A DNA stretch of 58,859 nucleotides from positions 1-58,859 of IMG/VR virus record IMGVR_UViG_3300034073_004285; one strand, given 5' to 3'. Positions 36,127 to 45,658 of this stretch are shown here, piece by piece. Source of the DNA: a virus (lineage: Duplodnaviria; Caudoviricetes). Position 1 is the first letter of the stretch, and each line of letters opens with the position of its first letter. The notes under the pieces are model-generated. The model ran no database searches and was not told the DNA's origin. It saw only the letters and a program-made list of their open reading frames with translations. The position numbers were made by a program, and so were the translations under genes.

Positions 36127-36570
36127 TTAAAAACTTAGTGGAATATCATTGGCATCGGCGATCGCCTGCCACTCTGTAATAGCATCAACTGATGGCGGGA
36201 ATGACTCTTTGTACTGATTGTAGACAGATTGCAATATTGCCCAATTATTGTCAATTTTGGCATTAGTAGCAACGTCCAAAAAACCGCTCTGACGGAACAC
36301 AGAAAAATGGCTGAGCCACGATTCAAAATTTGCGTTGGCAAACATATCCTGAAGGAATTTGGCAGGATCATATCCTTCTGGAGGAGTCACTATCGGCAAA
36401 CCCAAAACTGCTCTTGCTGTGTCAATTGAGTCAAACCAAATCCAGCCGTTTTGATTGTTTGGATAACGATAGAGATCTTTATCCAATTCCGTCAGAGTAA
36501 AGCCGGGACCATAAATAGTCAAGCCGGTACGGAGTACATTGTTAATTAATTTGTAGTATCCTGCAGTCAT
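36127..36570 (-). CDS. Tail fibre-associated hypothetical protein
   Basis: Downstream of the LRR fibre; GPGFTL...YP...GWIWFDS motif. Confidence 0.6.
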   Translation of the reverse strand: MTAGYYKLINNVLRTGLTIYGPGFTLTELDKDLYRYPNNQNGWIWFDSIDTARAVLGLPIVTPPEGYDPAKFLQDMFANANFESWLSHFSVFRQSGFLDVATNAKIDNNWAILQSVYNQYKESFPPSVDAITEWQAIADANDIPLSF

Positions 36571-36582
36571 GATTCTCCTTTG

Positions 36583-37929
36583 TTAAGTGCCGATTACTGT
36601 CCAACCTTTTGCAGTTGCAATTGACGGATCATCTGCTGTGGTTCCCCAATTTCCAGTGACGGTAATAGTGGGAGCCCCTGTTGCCACAGGCAGGTTAGAA
36701 TAGATCTCGTTCAACGCATTAGGTCCCAGAGAGCAGGAGGCTAGATTGACGCTTTGATTGCTGGGGAAGATAACGTCTACCTTTGCTAGGGAAAGACATA
36801 AATTGAACATATTGCTAAAGTTAGTCCCTAGTGAAGTATTTAATTGTGGAATACTTTGTAGGGAAAAACATGCATTGAACATAAGAGTAAAGTTAGTCCC
36901 TAGTGAAGTATTTAATTGTGGAATACTTTGTAGGGAATAACAGTAACTAAACATACTGCTAAAGCTGGTTCCCAATGAAGTATTTAATTGTGGAATACTT
37001 TGTAGGGAATAACAGTAATTAAACATATTAGTAAAGTAAATCCCTAGTGAAGTATCTAATTGCGGTATACTTTGTAGGGAATAACATGAAATGAACATAT
37101 TGCTAAAGTTAGTCCCTAGTGAAGTATTTAATTGTGGAATACTTTGTAGGGAATAACATGAATTGAACATATTGGTAAAGTTAGTCCCTAGTGAAGTATC
37201 TAATTGTGGAATACTTTGTAGGGAATAACATGAATTGAACATATTGCTAAAGTTAGTCCCTAGTGAAGTATTTAATTGTGGAATACTTTGTAGGGAAAAA
37301 CATGCAATGAACATATTGCTAAAGTTAGTCCCTAGTGAAGTATCTAATTGCGGTATACTTTGTAGGGAATAACAGCTACTAAACATATTAATAAAGTTAG
37401 TCTGACTATTACTTCCCACCCATTCAAACTGCTCTAGTAAACGATGCACCCAACTGCCGCTATACAATGTCATTGTTCCAGAGTTATTGAGTGCTAACCG
37501 GATGTCTAACCATTGGGAGGACTCCCCATTCACCAACCCAGTTTGATTGTGTTTAACACTTAAATTAATGTTGCTTAAATTTTGCCCTGATTGGGGCGTA
37601 ATAATTACTAGAGCCTGCTTATAGCCTCTAGTAGTCAACGTACTGTCAAGGGCAGGTGCGTTGTAGTTATAGTTGCGATAAGCGGTTACTCCAGAAGCGT
37701 AATTCTGGATCGTGCCGTCCCCCCAGTCAACGGTATAAGCCCCCGTGGCGGTGACGGTGATAAAATTAGACTCGTTATCAAATACAGCGTAGAGTCCGTA
37801 GAATATTTGGTCAGTGGCAGTGACGGTTGGCAGTGGGAGCCAGTCACTAGGGCGTTGGTAGCTCGTTGAAGACGTTGAGTTACCAGACAAAAGAATCGAG
37901 CCTAAATAAAGTTTTCCTGTAGTTGGCAT
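36583..37929 (-). CDS. BspA/DUF285-like leucine-rich repeat protein, candidate receptor-binding protein
   Basis: YQRPSDWLPLP, VDWGDG, eight 24-aa repeats FxNMFxxCxSLQSIPQLxTSLGTN, C terminus IATAKGWTV. Confidence 0.8.
   Translation of the reverse strand: MPTTGKLYLGSILLSGNSTSSTSYQRPSDWLPLPTVTATDQIFYGLYAVFDNESNFITVTATGAYTVDWGDGTIQNYASGVTAYRNYNYNAPALDSTLTTRGYKQALVIITPQSGQNLSNINLSVKHNQTGLVNGESSQWLDIRLALNNSGTMTLYSGSWVHRLLEQFEWVGSNSQTNFINMFSSCYSLQSIPQLDTSLGTNFSNMFIACFSLQSIPQLNTSLGTNFSNMFNSCYSLQSIPQLDTSLGTNFTNMFNSCYSLQSIPQLNTSLGTNFSNMFISCYSLQSIPQLDTSLGIYFTNMFNYCYSLQSIPQLNTSLGTSFSSMFSYCYSLQSIPQLNTSLGTNFTLMFNACFSLQSIPQLNTSLGTNFSNMFNLCLSLAKVDVIFPSNQSVNLASCSLGPNALNEIYSNLPVATGAPTITVTGNWGTTADDPSIATAKGWTVIGT
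36790..37400. repeat. 72-bp coding tandem repeat, 8 full units plus a partial unit
   Basis: GAAGTAT(T/C)TAATTG... recurs at 36833, 36905, 36977, 37049, 37121, 37193, 37265 and 37337. Confidence 0.9.
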
Positions 37930-38639
37930 TAGTCTGTGATCACATAAAGAGTTGACGGGTTAGGCGCAGAAATCGCATCATATTCGGCTTGGGTGAGACT
38001 AACTATATTTGTCACCACGTCTGCTCCTGTGATACCTGTCGGGTTGCTAATCACAGTGCCAGCATTGTAGCCCTGTACTGTAATCCCAATATCATCAGGT
38101 TGTAACGCTGTATCAGCCAGTGTGCCCTGAGCCGCTGTAGCGTAGTCTGTGCTATTTGTTGCCGCCGCTGTTCCTAATGTTGGTTTATTTAGGATTTGAG
38201 CGTCACCACTAACCGCATTCCAATCGGCGTTGACGTTGACTTCTGCGCCTTCTGCTATTCCTGCTAATTTAGTTTCCTGATCGGTGGTAAAACTGGCGGT
38301 TGTATTTGTTAAAACCGTAGCCAATGGCTGATAGTTAGCCAGTGCCGTTGTTAATTCGCCATCAGTAACATATCCAGACAAATCAGGGTTAACTTGCGCC
38401 CCCGATTCAATCCCTTCTAGTTTTGTTTTTTCAGCATCAGTAAAAGTATTATAGTCAGGGTCAATAACCGTATTCGCATTATAGGGCTGTACTGTAACGC
38501 CAATGTCGTCAGGTAATAAAGCCTCGCTATTTTCTACAACCTTGACTACTGCAATCTCTATCTCTTGCGGGGTTTCTGGCAGAACAGATACGGTAATGTC
38601 ATTCTCTACCAATTCAACTGTAATATCAGGCAAGCTCAT
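37929..38639 (-). CDS. Fibre shaft / adaptor protein
   Basis: KTKLEGIESGAQVN and VNADWNAVSGDAQILNKPTL fibre repeats; LTQAEYDAI..PSTLYVI C-terminal motif. Confidence 0.7.
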   Translation of the reverse strand: MSLPDITVELVENDITVSVLPETPQEIEIAVVKVVENSEALLPDDIGVTVQPYNANTVIDPDYNTFTDAEKTKLEGIESGAQVNPDLSGYVTDGELTTALANYQPLATVLTNTTASFTTDQETKLAGIAEGAEVNVNADWNAVSGDAQILNKPTLGTAAATNSTDYATAAQGTLADTALQPDDIGITVQGYNAGTVISNPTGITGADVVTNIVSLTQAEYDAISAPNPSTLYVITD

Positions 38640-39036
38640 CTCTATTAGCCTCTCCTATTACCCACAAGTAGCCCGGTGCAATCTTTTTAATTAAACCGTT
38701 AAAGCTAAATTCTAGATCATAAATTAAAGCATTTCTGTCACTTGGATCGCCGATTCCTTGGTATTTGGTAATAGGCAAATCTTTGGTAGTTTCAGCGTCT
38801 AAAGTTGGCATGAATATTGTTTTGAGGTTTTCGGAGTCGTATAACGGTGAGGGAAAAGTGAACTCTGCTAATAGTTCGCCGCCCTTGTCGGATCGCCCAT
38901 TCCTAATCTGCCCAGAGCCTACCCAATTAGTAAAATCGCCGTCAGGGTAAGTTTCGTTAGATCCAAGGGAAACAACTAGCTTTTGCCAAGTTTCCCCTTG
39001 GACAACGCAAATAGTTGGGTAGGTTGAGCAGGTCAT
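38626..39036 (-). CDS. BppU-like / fibre attachment protein
   Basis: VQGETW, GQIR and YDLE motifs. Confidence 0.55.
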   Translation of the reverse strand: MTCSTYPTICVVQGETWQKLVVSLGSNETYPDGDFTNWVGSGQIRNGRSDKGGELLAEFTFPSPLYDSENLKTIFMPTLDAETTKDLPITKYQGIGDPSDRNALIYDLEFSFNGLIKKIAPGYLWVIGEANRDELA

Positions 39037-39317
39037 GTCTCCTCCAGAATCAGCTTGATAACTTGACCGTCTTCGATTGGTTGAATCTCTGCCACAGTGA
39101 AGGACTCGGTATTAATGACCACCGTCACCCCCTGTGCAATCCCCTCCAAGTCAGTCGCTTTGGCGATCGCCGTAATGGAACGCCCGCCAGCACCGAAGGC
39201 CAGCGGGTCATGCTTGCGGCTGAACAGACAGGGGAAGGTTTTGCCGTTCCAAGTGAGAGGAAGTCCGAAGTCTTGGAAGAAAACGGACAGATCCTCGAAG
39301 CTATAGACTGGCAAGCT
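39033..39317 (-). CDS. Head-tail joining (gpFII-like) protein
   Basis: DLSVFFQDFG...FTVAEIQPIEDGQVIKLIL; downstream of the capsid gene. Confidence 0.65.
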   Translation of the reverse strand, partial: SLPVYSFEDLSVFFQDFGLPLTWNGKTFPCLFSRKHDPLAFGAGGRSITAIAKATDLEGIAQGVTVVINTESFTVAEIQPIEDGQVIKLILEET

Positions 39318-39531
39318 GGTCATCTTCAATCACCTGGTTGATCACTTCCACCACTTCCTCGGGGGTAGGCTCCTCCACCAGTTCCACGTTGCCGCCGGAA
39401 AGGTGGAGGTTGAGGCAGTGTAGTGGCATTTCTGGCAATAGCTCACCCGGCGCATAATAAACGCCAGCGTGGCGACAGCCTTGGTTGGCGGAACGATAGA
39501 CAACGCTACGGTCAGTTTTTTTCCGAGCCAT
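39301..39531 (-). CDS. Small head-associated protein
   Basis: HAGVYYAPGELL motif; head gene cluster. Confidence 0.5.
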   Translation of the reverse strand: MARKKTDRSVVYRSANQGCRHAGVYYAPGELLPEMPLHCLNLHLSGGNVELVEEPTPEEVVEVINQVIEDDQLASL

Positions 39532-39533
39532 GG

Positions 39534-39968
39534 CTAGAACCTCTCAGCGGTGATATAGCCAACGATCACTCGGATATAATCATCGGCACCGCCGCCAATA
39601 GTCCCAGCGGCCGCCCCGTTGGTGTCACAGGCAAACAAACCGATCTCCTCAGCCGCCGCTACCGTGGTGGAGGTAGCCAGAAGCACGGCAGAGTCAGAAA
39701 CGGCAGTCAGATCCGAGGATAGCCAGTACTTGTCAGGGTCAGCGGTGGAGGTTAATCGTCCCACACCGATTTTGACGGCAGTAGCGGCGGTAATAGTGTT
39801 AGGAATGTCGATCGCCACGTGGGAAACCACAGAGCCGGCGGGGATAGTGCCAATGCTGAAATTGGCGGCGGCAGTGGTGAGGTCAACGATTTTGCTAATT
39901 GTCCCCGTCGTCAACCCCTGAGGGAGAGGTGCGGGGTTTGCGGGTACGATTTTGTCTGGGACTGTCAT
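39534..39968 (-). CDS. Putative capsid decoration protein
   Basis: Ala/Thr-rich beta protein (IGTIPAGSVV) after the major capsid gene. Confidence 0.55.
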   Translation of the reverse strand: MTVPDKIVPANPAPLPQGLTTGTISKIVDLTTAAANFSIGTIPAGSVVSHVAIDIPNTITAATAVKIGVGRLTSTADPDKYWLSSDLTAVSDSAVLLATSTTVAAAEEIGLFACDTNGAAAGTIGGGADDYIRVIVGYITAERF

Positions 39969-40119
39969 TTTCGGGTTCCTCGTAGGGTTCTAATTGGTGC
40001 GAATAGAGAGCAAACTGTTCGGGGGTGAGTTTCAGGATTGCCCCTGGGGAGTGGATGCCACCGCCAACTAAGTGGAGGTGGAACCCAGCCCGGACTCGAT
40101 AGGAGAATAATTCAGACAT
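39895..40119 (-). CDS. Small head-associated protein
   Basis: Starts 5 nt after the capsid stop. Confidence 0.45.
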   Translation of the reverse strand: MSELFSYRVRAGFHLHLVGGGIHSPGAILKLTPEQFALYSHQLEPYEEPENDSPRQNRTRKPRTSPSGVDDGDN

Positions 40120-40124
40120 GGCTA

Positions 40125-42146
40125 CTAACTAGCGGTTTTAGCGTCGGTGAACATCCCGAAGGACTCTTCATAAGCGACATTCAGATCCATGGTCTGGAAT
40201 GCAACGATTTCTACGCCACCGGTGCGGAAGGTTGCGCCGTTGTAGTTGGCAGAAAGGCTTAACCCTTCCCACTCGCCGATATAAATTTGACTCCAGTCAC
40301 CCAGATAGATCTCGGAGAGGTTGGTGCCGTTGCCTTTGGTGAGGGTGGAGCGCACTTGGTTGGTGACGTAATAGGGTTTACCGCAGAAGGTGCTGGAGCC
40401 GTCACGAATAATGAAATTGCCTTCCACACCGGAAGCCTGAACGGGGGTGATCATCAAACGGGCTTGGGTTTTGGCGTTGATTAACCATTTCAATCCGTTG
40501 ATATTGGCGTTGGCCGCTTCGATTTCACCGCACAGTTCGATCAGCTTTTCGTAGGTGGGATACCCGCCGTCGGTACCAAAGCCAGCAGTCAATTTTTTGA
40601 TGCCGCTATAGTTAGCGATTCCCTTGGGAACGGGAGCCACACCAGAGCCATAGAGCACCGTTTGATCGATTTTCAGGGCCATCGCTTTCACGAGGTTATC
40701 CCGTGCGATCATCTCAGCGTCGGGAGTCGATTGCAGTAACAGTGTGCGGGTGAGGGTGGTATAAGCGGCGATGGTTTTGGGGTTTAAGCCGATTTGCCCA
40801 ACGGTGTAGTTGGATTCGGGTGCAGGCTCGTTTTCGTTGATCCAATCAGCGGTGCTAACTCCCGTCTCTTTAGGGAAAGCGACGTTACCACGCAAACCAG
40901 TGATGAACTTAGCTCCCATTTGGAGCACGATCGCCTTATTGCGGAGAGCCTCGATCCACATGTCGGCACGGAGATCGGTGTCAATTAGGTTGCCGCCGAG
41001 GGTAGCAGAGCCGGTGTTTTGAATGTCCCGCTGGCCGTAGTAAAGGTTACGGGTGGGGAAGTAAACCCGATCCTCACTGCCACCTACTTGCTTGGCAATT
41101 TGTTGGCTAACCTCTCTCTCGAAGCAGTTTTTGCCGTAGTCATTGGGGAAGTCAGGGATCATGCTACGGAGCAACCGGAGCATAGAATACTGTTGGTTCT
41201 CCCGTTTGCCAAAGCCAGCCAGATAGTCACGGGGTTTGTCGGTGGGGTTGCTCACACCGGCGATCGGTTGTTGGTTGAAGCCTCGCTCTACTTCCACGGC
41301 AAAAATACCTCTGGCTTCCTCCACCGATTTACCGGACTCAATTAGTTCCTCAGATAGTTTGGCGAATTGTGGCCCGAGGTTTCGGCTCCACTGATCGCCC
41401 ATGGCACGGATTGATCTCTGGCGATCGGTTTCCGCCGCACGGAGTTCATCCATGTTAATTTCTGGTTTTTCGTTTTCCATCTGCCCCCCCTTGGGTGTTT
41501 CTGTAACCTCTAGCTTGGATTTATACAGAGGTGTTTTTGTTGTTTTTTCCTCTGTTTCAGTTTCTTCTTCTTCCTCTATTTCCACCTCAACGGCTTCAAT
41601 GGGTTCAACGGCGATCGCCTCTGGGGTCGTTTCTGACGGGGAATCTTCCAAGCTACGCCCAACACCAACAGACGGATCAGCCGGGTCAGACACGAAACTG
41701 CAATGCACTGGGGTAAATCGGGTGACGTAGCATTTGCCGTCCCGTTCAACCCAATCATCTATTTGGTAGCGAATGGAAACATTGGTAACGATGCCGTCAT
41801 CTACCAAGGATTTATATTTTGTCGCCAAATCGGTTTCAGCCCAGCGAAAAGTAACGACGCTTTTTGTTCCGTCAATACTCCAATCCAAAACCTTGCCCAG
41901 GGGTTCTGCCCCAACGGAAGGATCGTGACCGTGGTTCCACATCACCACCATTCCGTTGACACGTTCGAGGTTAATGCACTCCGGTTTGTGGACTAGAATT
42001 TCTTCCCCTGCCCAACTGCCAACGGGATACTCTGATGCTACCGACATTCGATAGACCATTGGGTCGTCGCTTGTTTTGACCGGGTTAGCCTGTAATAATA
42101 GTCGCTCTCTGGTTTCTGCCATGACCTTTTCCGATAGTGGTGTCAT
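40125..42146 (-). CDS. Prohead protease-major capsid fusion (HK97 fold); internal capsid start at 41480
   Basis: VMWNH, GIVTNVSIRY, SFVSDPAD protease motifs; acidic linker; GGNLIDTD, WINE, LNPKTIAA, IYLGDWS capsid motifs. Confidence 0.92.
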   Translation of the reverse strand: MTPLSEKVMAETRERLLLQANPVKTSDDPMVYRMSVASEYPVGSWAGEEILVHKPECINLERVNGMVVMWNHGHDPSVGAEPLGKVLDWSIDGTKSVVTFRWAETDLATKYKSLVDDGIVTNVSIRYQIDDWVERDGKCYVTRFTPVHCSFVSDPADPSVGVGRSLEDSPSETTPEAIAVEPIEAVEVEIEEEEETETEEKTTKTPLYKSKLEVTETPKGGQMENEKPEINMDELRAAETDRQRSIRAMGDQWSRNLGPQFAKLSEELIESGKSVEEARGIFAVEVERGFNQQPIAGVSNPTDKPRDYLAGFGKRENQQYSMLRLLRSMIPDFPNDYGKNCFEREVSQQIAKQVGGSEDRVYFPTRNLYYGQRDIQNTGSATLGGNLIDTDLRADMWIEALRNKAIVLQMGAKFITGLRGNVAFPKETGVSTADWINENEPAPESNYTVGQIGLNPKTIAAYTTLTRTLLLQSTPDAEMIARDNLVKAMALKIDQTVLYGSGVAPVPKGIANYSGIKKLTAGFGTDGGYPTYEKLIELCGEIEAANANINGLKWLINAKTQARLMITPVQASGVEGNFIIRDGSSTFCGKPYYVTNQVRSTLTKGNGTNLSEIYLGDWSQIYIGEWEGLSLSANYNGATFRTGGVEIVAFQTMDLNVAYEESFGMFTDAKTAS
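41512..41526 (-). promoter_or_regulatory. Internal late-promoter-like motif GTATAAATCCAAGCT
   Basis: Inside the fusion gene, about 30 nt upstream of the in-frame ATG at 41480 with a G-rich RBS. Confidence 0.68.
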
Positions 42147-42150
42147 GGTC

Positions 42151-42165
42151 AAAATAAATTTATAC
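42151..42165 (-). promoter_or_regulatory. Late-promoter-like motif GTATAAATTTATTTT
   Basis: Just upstream of the protease ATG at 42146. Confidence 0.55.
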
Positions 42166-43455
42166 AAGCCGCTTGATTTCCCGCTCTATCACGGCGATCG
42201 CCTTTTTGTAGGGCAGGTTTGGGGTAAAGCATTCCGTATCGCCACCACGCAACAGCAAAGGGAATAACATGGCTGGCTGTCTATAATGCCGAAACCGCTT
42301 CAATACCTTTTGCTCTATCTGGTATGCGTAAATGCCGGGGTCGATCTGCCATTCGTACCTTTCTTTGACAAATAATGCGTCTTTCCCAAACCTATCTTCT
42401 ATCGTGCTGTTAGTAATCCCAATCTTCCAAAATTCAGCAAAATCTTTTTGGAACCGAATAAAGTAAAGTATTCCAGGCTTGCCAAAGTTAAATCCATACT
42501 CCGCGCACTTGCAACACCCCTGCCCTCTTAGATGATTATTGGCTACCTGCTCAAATACTCCGTGTTCTGGGCAAATAACTTTAACCTTTTCTTTGTTGCT
42601 AGAGTACTCAACCAATGAATAGTCATATCGGTTGCCATGGACAATTACGGCTTCAGATATAAAATCCTCTGTTGTTTTCTGCGCCACCCCGGCACATTTA
42701 ATACAGCCACGCCCTTTAACGTGATCTTTTGGTGTTTGCTCAAATACACCATGATCGGGGCATATTATTTTGACCTTTTCTTTGTTGCCATAATACTCAA
42801 CCAATGAGTAGTCGTACTTGCCTCCATGAACTATGTTTGATTCATCAATAAATTCTTCAGTCGTCTTTTTCGCTGTCCCACCACATCTTGCACACCCATA
42901 ACTCATATGCTCACATGGAGATTGTTCAAATACGCCATGATCGGGGCATATTATCTTAACCTTCGCTCTTGCATTAATGTATTCAGTTAATGAGTAGTCG
43001 TACCTATATCCATGCACCGATTGCGCGGACTGAATAAAATCGTCTGTTGTTTTTGTTCTGGACTTAGCCCTTTGAAGTTTTCCACACTCGGTGCATCCTT
43101 TCCCCGCTAAATGACCGTTTGGCGTCTGGGCAAATATCCCATGATCGGGGCATATTATTTTGACCTTCTTGTTAGACTTTATATACTCAGCCATTGAATA
43201 GTCATACTTGCACCCGTGAACTAATAACGCATCGCGGATAAAGTCATCGGTATTTTTCCCTTTCCCTTGGCACTTAAGACACCCACTCCCTTGCAAGTGT
43301 CCATTGGCACACTGTTCAAACAATCCATGATCGGGGCAGATTATTTTTACCTTAAACTTTGCCTTGACATATTCAGTCTGGGAATAATCGTATTTGTGAC
43401 CATGTACGGATTGCGCCTCTTGAATAAATTGCGCTGTAGTCTTACACTTTTTCAT
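42160..43455 (-). CDS. Putative free-standing homing endonuclease: five DUF723-like Zn repeats plus GIY-YIG-like domain
   Basis: Five F...A..VHG.KYDYS..EY...KVKIICPDHG.F.Q...H..G.GC..C units; LYFIRF...WKIGIT...RF...GDTECF. Confidence 0.8.
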   Translation of the reverse strand: MKKCKTTAQFIQEAQSVHGHKYDYSQTEYVKAKFKVKIICPDHGLFEQCANGHLQGSGCLKCQGKGKNTDDFIRDALLVHGCKYDYSMAEYIKSNKKVKIICPDHGIFAQTPNGHLAGKGCTECGKLQRAKSRTKTTDDFIQSAQSVHGYRYDYSLTEYINARAKVKIICPDHGVFEQSPCEHMSYGCARCGGTAKKTTEEFIDESNIVHGGKYDYSLVEYYGNKEKVKIICPDHGVFEQTPKDHVKGRGCIKCAGVAQKTTEDFISEAVIVHGNRYDYSLVEYSSNKEKVKVICPEHGVFEQVANNHLRGQGCCKCAEYGFNFGKPGILYFIRFQKDFAEFWKIGITNSTIEDRFGKDALFVKERYEWQIDPGIYAYQIEQKVLKRFRHYRQPAMLFPLLLRGGDTECFTPNLPYKKAIAVIEREIKRLV

Positions 43456-43522
43456 GTTGACCTATTGACCAGGTTGACCGCGCCTCGGAATGTTACCAGC
43501 ATTGCCGGGGCTTCAAAGTATT

Positions 43523-45115
43523 TTACAATCTTTGCATCTGTTTTTTCCGTTTTCTAGGTAACCGTTTTTCCCTTGGTGGTGTTACTGGCTTAGGTTGATT
43601 TTCCTGCTGTGCGTCATCTGCCAAAATTGCCTCGGCATCCACTTCAATGGGCTCAAAATTGACACCATATTTTTTCTCTAACTCCATCTCCATTGCTTTC
43701 TCCCGAAGGATGTCCTCGTAATCAATCCCCTTTTCTGCCAAAAATCGGGTTCGAGTATTTACGCCCAGCGATATTTCAAGCTCTGTGGACTTCAGATCTT
43801 TTAGCGGGTCAACCCACGGCATAGAACTACCGCACCACCAATCACAGACATAATCTGCCTTGTTGAACTCGTAATCCCTGGGCATCGTAACAAAACCCGA
43901 CATTGCCGCCGCATCCAGCCAGTGCCGAAAAACAGGGGAGTTCAAGTCTGTATTCAGTCGATCCCGTAACAGTTTCACCCGCCGCCATTCGTTCAATTTC
44001 CCTTCACGCAAACTTGAATAATTAGCACTGCTCAAATCTTTATGAACTTGGTGGGCACTTAATCCCAAAATCCCTGCAATACTGCGCTGAAAATGCTGTG
44101 CAAAATCAACCAACTTGTCATTGGGGCTGGAAGCATCGAAGGGTGCTATTTTTTGCCCCGGCTGTAAATACTCAATCATGCCGGGATATAACTCTTTGCC
44201 CCACTGCCCCGATTCATCAATAAATTCCGGTTCGATGTCTGGAAATTCGGATTCTATAAAGACGGAAATAGCGGATTGCACTCGCGCTTTAACAATTTCA
44301 CTTTCTTCAAGCCCCAACAGGTTACGAGCTTTCAGTATGCCTGCATGGATCGCCGGAACTCCCCTAGTCTGCCCCGGACGCCATCCCTGACGGTTTACCA
44401 AGTGCAAAACCTGCCAAGCCGGAACGGGTTTAGACTGGAATCCTTGGGTTCTGGCACCGTAAAAGTCCCCAGGGTGATCTTCCAATAGCCAGTAATATTC
44501 TGGCCGTTTCCACTCGTTAACCTCCACCCCCATCCTGATCTCGTTACCGTTTTTTGCTCTAGCAAAATTTAGGCGATCATCCAACTGATCTACCTCGATT
44601 AACTCCAAGGCAAAAGGCACTGGGGAATCGTCAAAACGCTTACTCACCAACCGCACTAACACGCCGCCATCTACCAGCATTGAGTGCAAAACTGTTGCCT
44701 GCATTTCCCAGAAAGTCTGACGGCCCGCCGCATCACACCAGCTAGGATTATTGGCCCAACGGTTAAATTTCTTTTCAATTTCCTCATTTAGCCGTAAATT
44801 CAAACCGCCGCCGCGCTTCATTTGCACCTGACTTTGCAAGTGAATCCCTGTATCTACCACCAAAGAAACAAGTTCATCGATCGCCGTTTGAACGTTGGAG
44901 TCGTCCTGATAGAGGGAGCGACTCCTGGCGATTAGAAGTCGCAGACTACTCCAGATTTCATTGTCGGCACTGGTTTGGCCAACGTGCCAATCTAGGACAC
45001 CCGTTGTGTTAGTGCTAGCCCCTGCGTATTTGCGGATGCCATAGCTCCGCCCCTGTTTCTCTACAGGCAAGGGGATTTTAAATAAATTGGCGATCGCCGT
45101 TTGGAAGCGGTTCAT
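43523..45115 (-). CDS. Portal protein, lambda family
   Basis: ARSRSL, RPGQTRGVP, DLSSANYSSLR, WVDPLKD. Confidence 0.95.
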   Translation of the reverse strand: MNRFQTAIANLFKIPLPVEKQGRSYGIRKYAGASTNTTGVLDWHVGQTSADNEIWSSLRLLIARSRSLYQDDSNVQTAIDELVSLVVDTGIHLQSQVQMKRGGGLNLRLNEEIEKKFNRWANNPSWCDAAGRQTFWEMQATVLHSMLVDGGVLVRLVSKRFDDSPVPFALELIEVDQLDDRLNFARAKNGNEIRMGVEVNEWKRPEYYWLLEDHPGDFYGARTQGFQSKPVPAWQVLHLVNRQGWRPGQTRGVPAIHAGILKARNLLGLEESEIVKARVQSAISVFIESEFPDIEPEFIDESGQWGKELYPGMIEYLQPGQKIAPFDASSPNDKLVDFAQHFQRSIAGILGLSAHQVHKDLSSANYSSLREGKLNEWRRVKLLRDRLNTDLNSPVFRHWLDAAAMSGFVTMPRDYEFNKADYVCDWWCGSSMPWVDPLKDLKSTELEISLGVNTRTRFLAEKGIDYEDILREKAMEMELEKKYGVNFEPIEVDAEAILADDAQQENQPKPVTPPREKRLPRKRKKQMQRL

Positions 45116-45138
45116 ATTATTTGCGGCTACTTTCCCCC

Positions 45139-45153
45139 AGTCTGAATTTATAC
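45139..45153 (-). promoter_or_regulatory. Late-promoter-like motif GTATAAATTCAGACT
   Basis: Upstream of the portal gene. Confidence 0.68.
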
Positions 45154-45155
45154 AG

Positions 45156-45467
45156 CTAGACTTTTTCGAGTAAAACGCCTAGATCGTACTGGGAGAGCAC
45201 CTGAGCAATAATTTCTGTCACTTCCTCGGGGGAAACACTGGGGCGATCGATGATCTCGGTTAATTTGTCGATATTTTGCCGGCAGTAGGCTAGGAAAAAA
45301 TCGTCTAACTCGCTGATGGTTTTTTCGGCTTCGGCTTCGATAATTTTGGCCCGTTGATCTAGCTTGTGCCACAGGTACCTAAATATCTCCACCTGCACCG
45401 GCTTTAGGAATCCTTCCACCACAACGCCCAACGCTAAGCCGATTAGGATGCTGCAAATAGTTGCCAC
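45156..45467 (-). CDS. Hypothetical membrane-anchored protein
   Basis: N-terminal TM segment; GGAGGAG RBS; late-type motif GTATAAACCTAAGCT at 45492-45506. Confidence 0.6.
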   Translation of the reverse strand: MATICSILIGLALGVVVEGFLKPVQVEIFRYLWHKLDQRAKIIEAEAEKTISELDDFFLAYCRQNIDKLTEIIDRPSVSPEEVTEIIAQVLSQYDLGVLLEKV

Positions 45468-45507
45468 TGGTTTCTCCTCCGCTTTTTTCCTAGCTTAGGT
45501 TTATACG

Positions 45508-45537
45508 CAAAAAAATCCCGCCACTAGGACGGGTTTG
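45508..45537 (-). terminator. Intrinsic terminator closing the cassette array
   Basis: CCCG...CGGG hairpin followed by a T-run on the minus strand. Confidence 0.55.
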
Positions 45538-45541
45538 GGAG

Positions 45542-45658
45542 TTATTTGTTGCGGTTGAATTGTCGGTTACAGTCACGGCATAGCCACTGCTGTTTTCCTG
45601 ATTTGGCTACGCCGTTTTTGACTGTGTTTAGGCTGTTACAGTTTGGGCAGACTTTCCC
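45542..45658 (-). CDS. InsA-like zinc-ribbon extension of cassette 4, reached by -1 frameshift
   Basis: G GGA AAG heptamer at 45652-45658; -1 frame reads GKVCPNCNSLNTVKNGVAKSGKQQWLCRDCNRQFNRNK* with no start codon ahead of the first CxxC. Confidence 0.7.
   Translation of the reverse strand, partial: GKVCPNCNSLNTVKNGVAKSGKQQWLCRDCNRQFNRNK

Noticed and set aside
36790-37400. CRISPR array or diversity-generating retroelement
   Set aside because: The repeats are contiguous in-frame 72-bp coding units with no spacers, and no cas or reverse transcriptase gene was seen.
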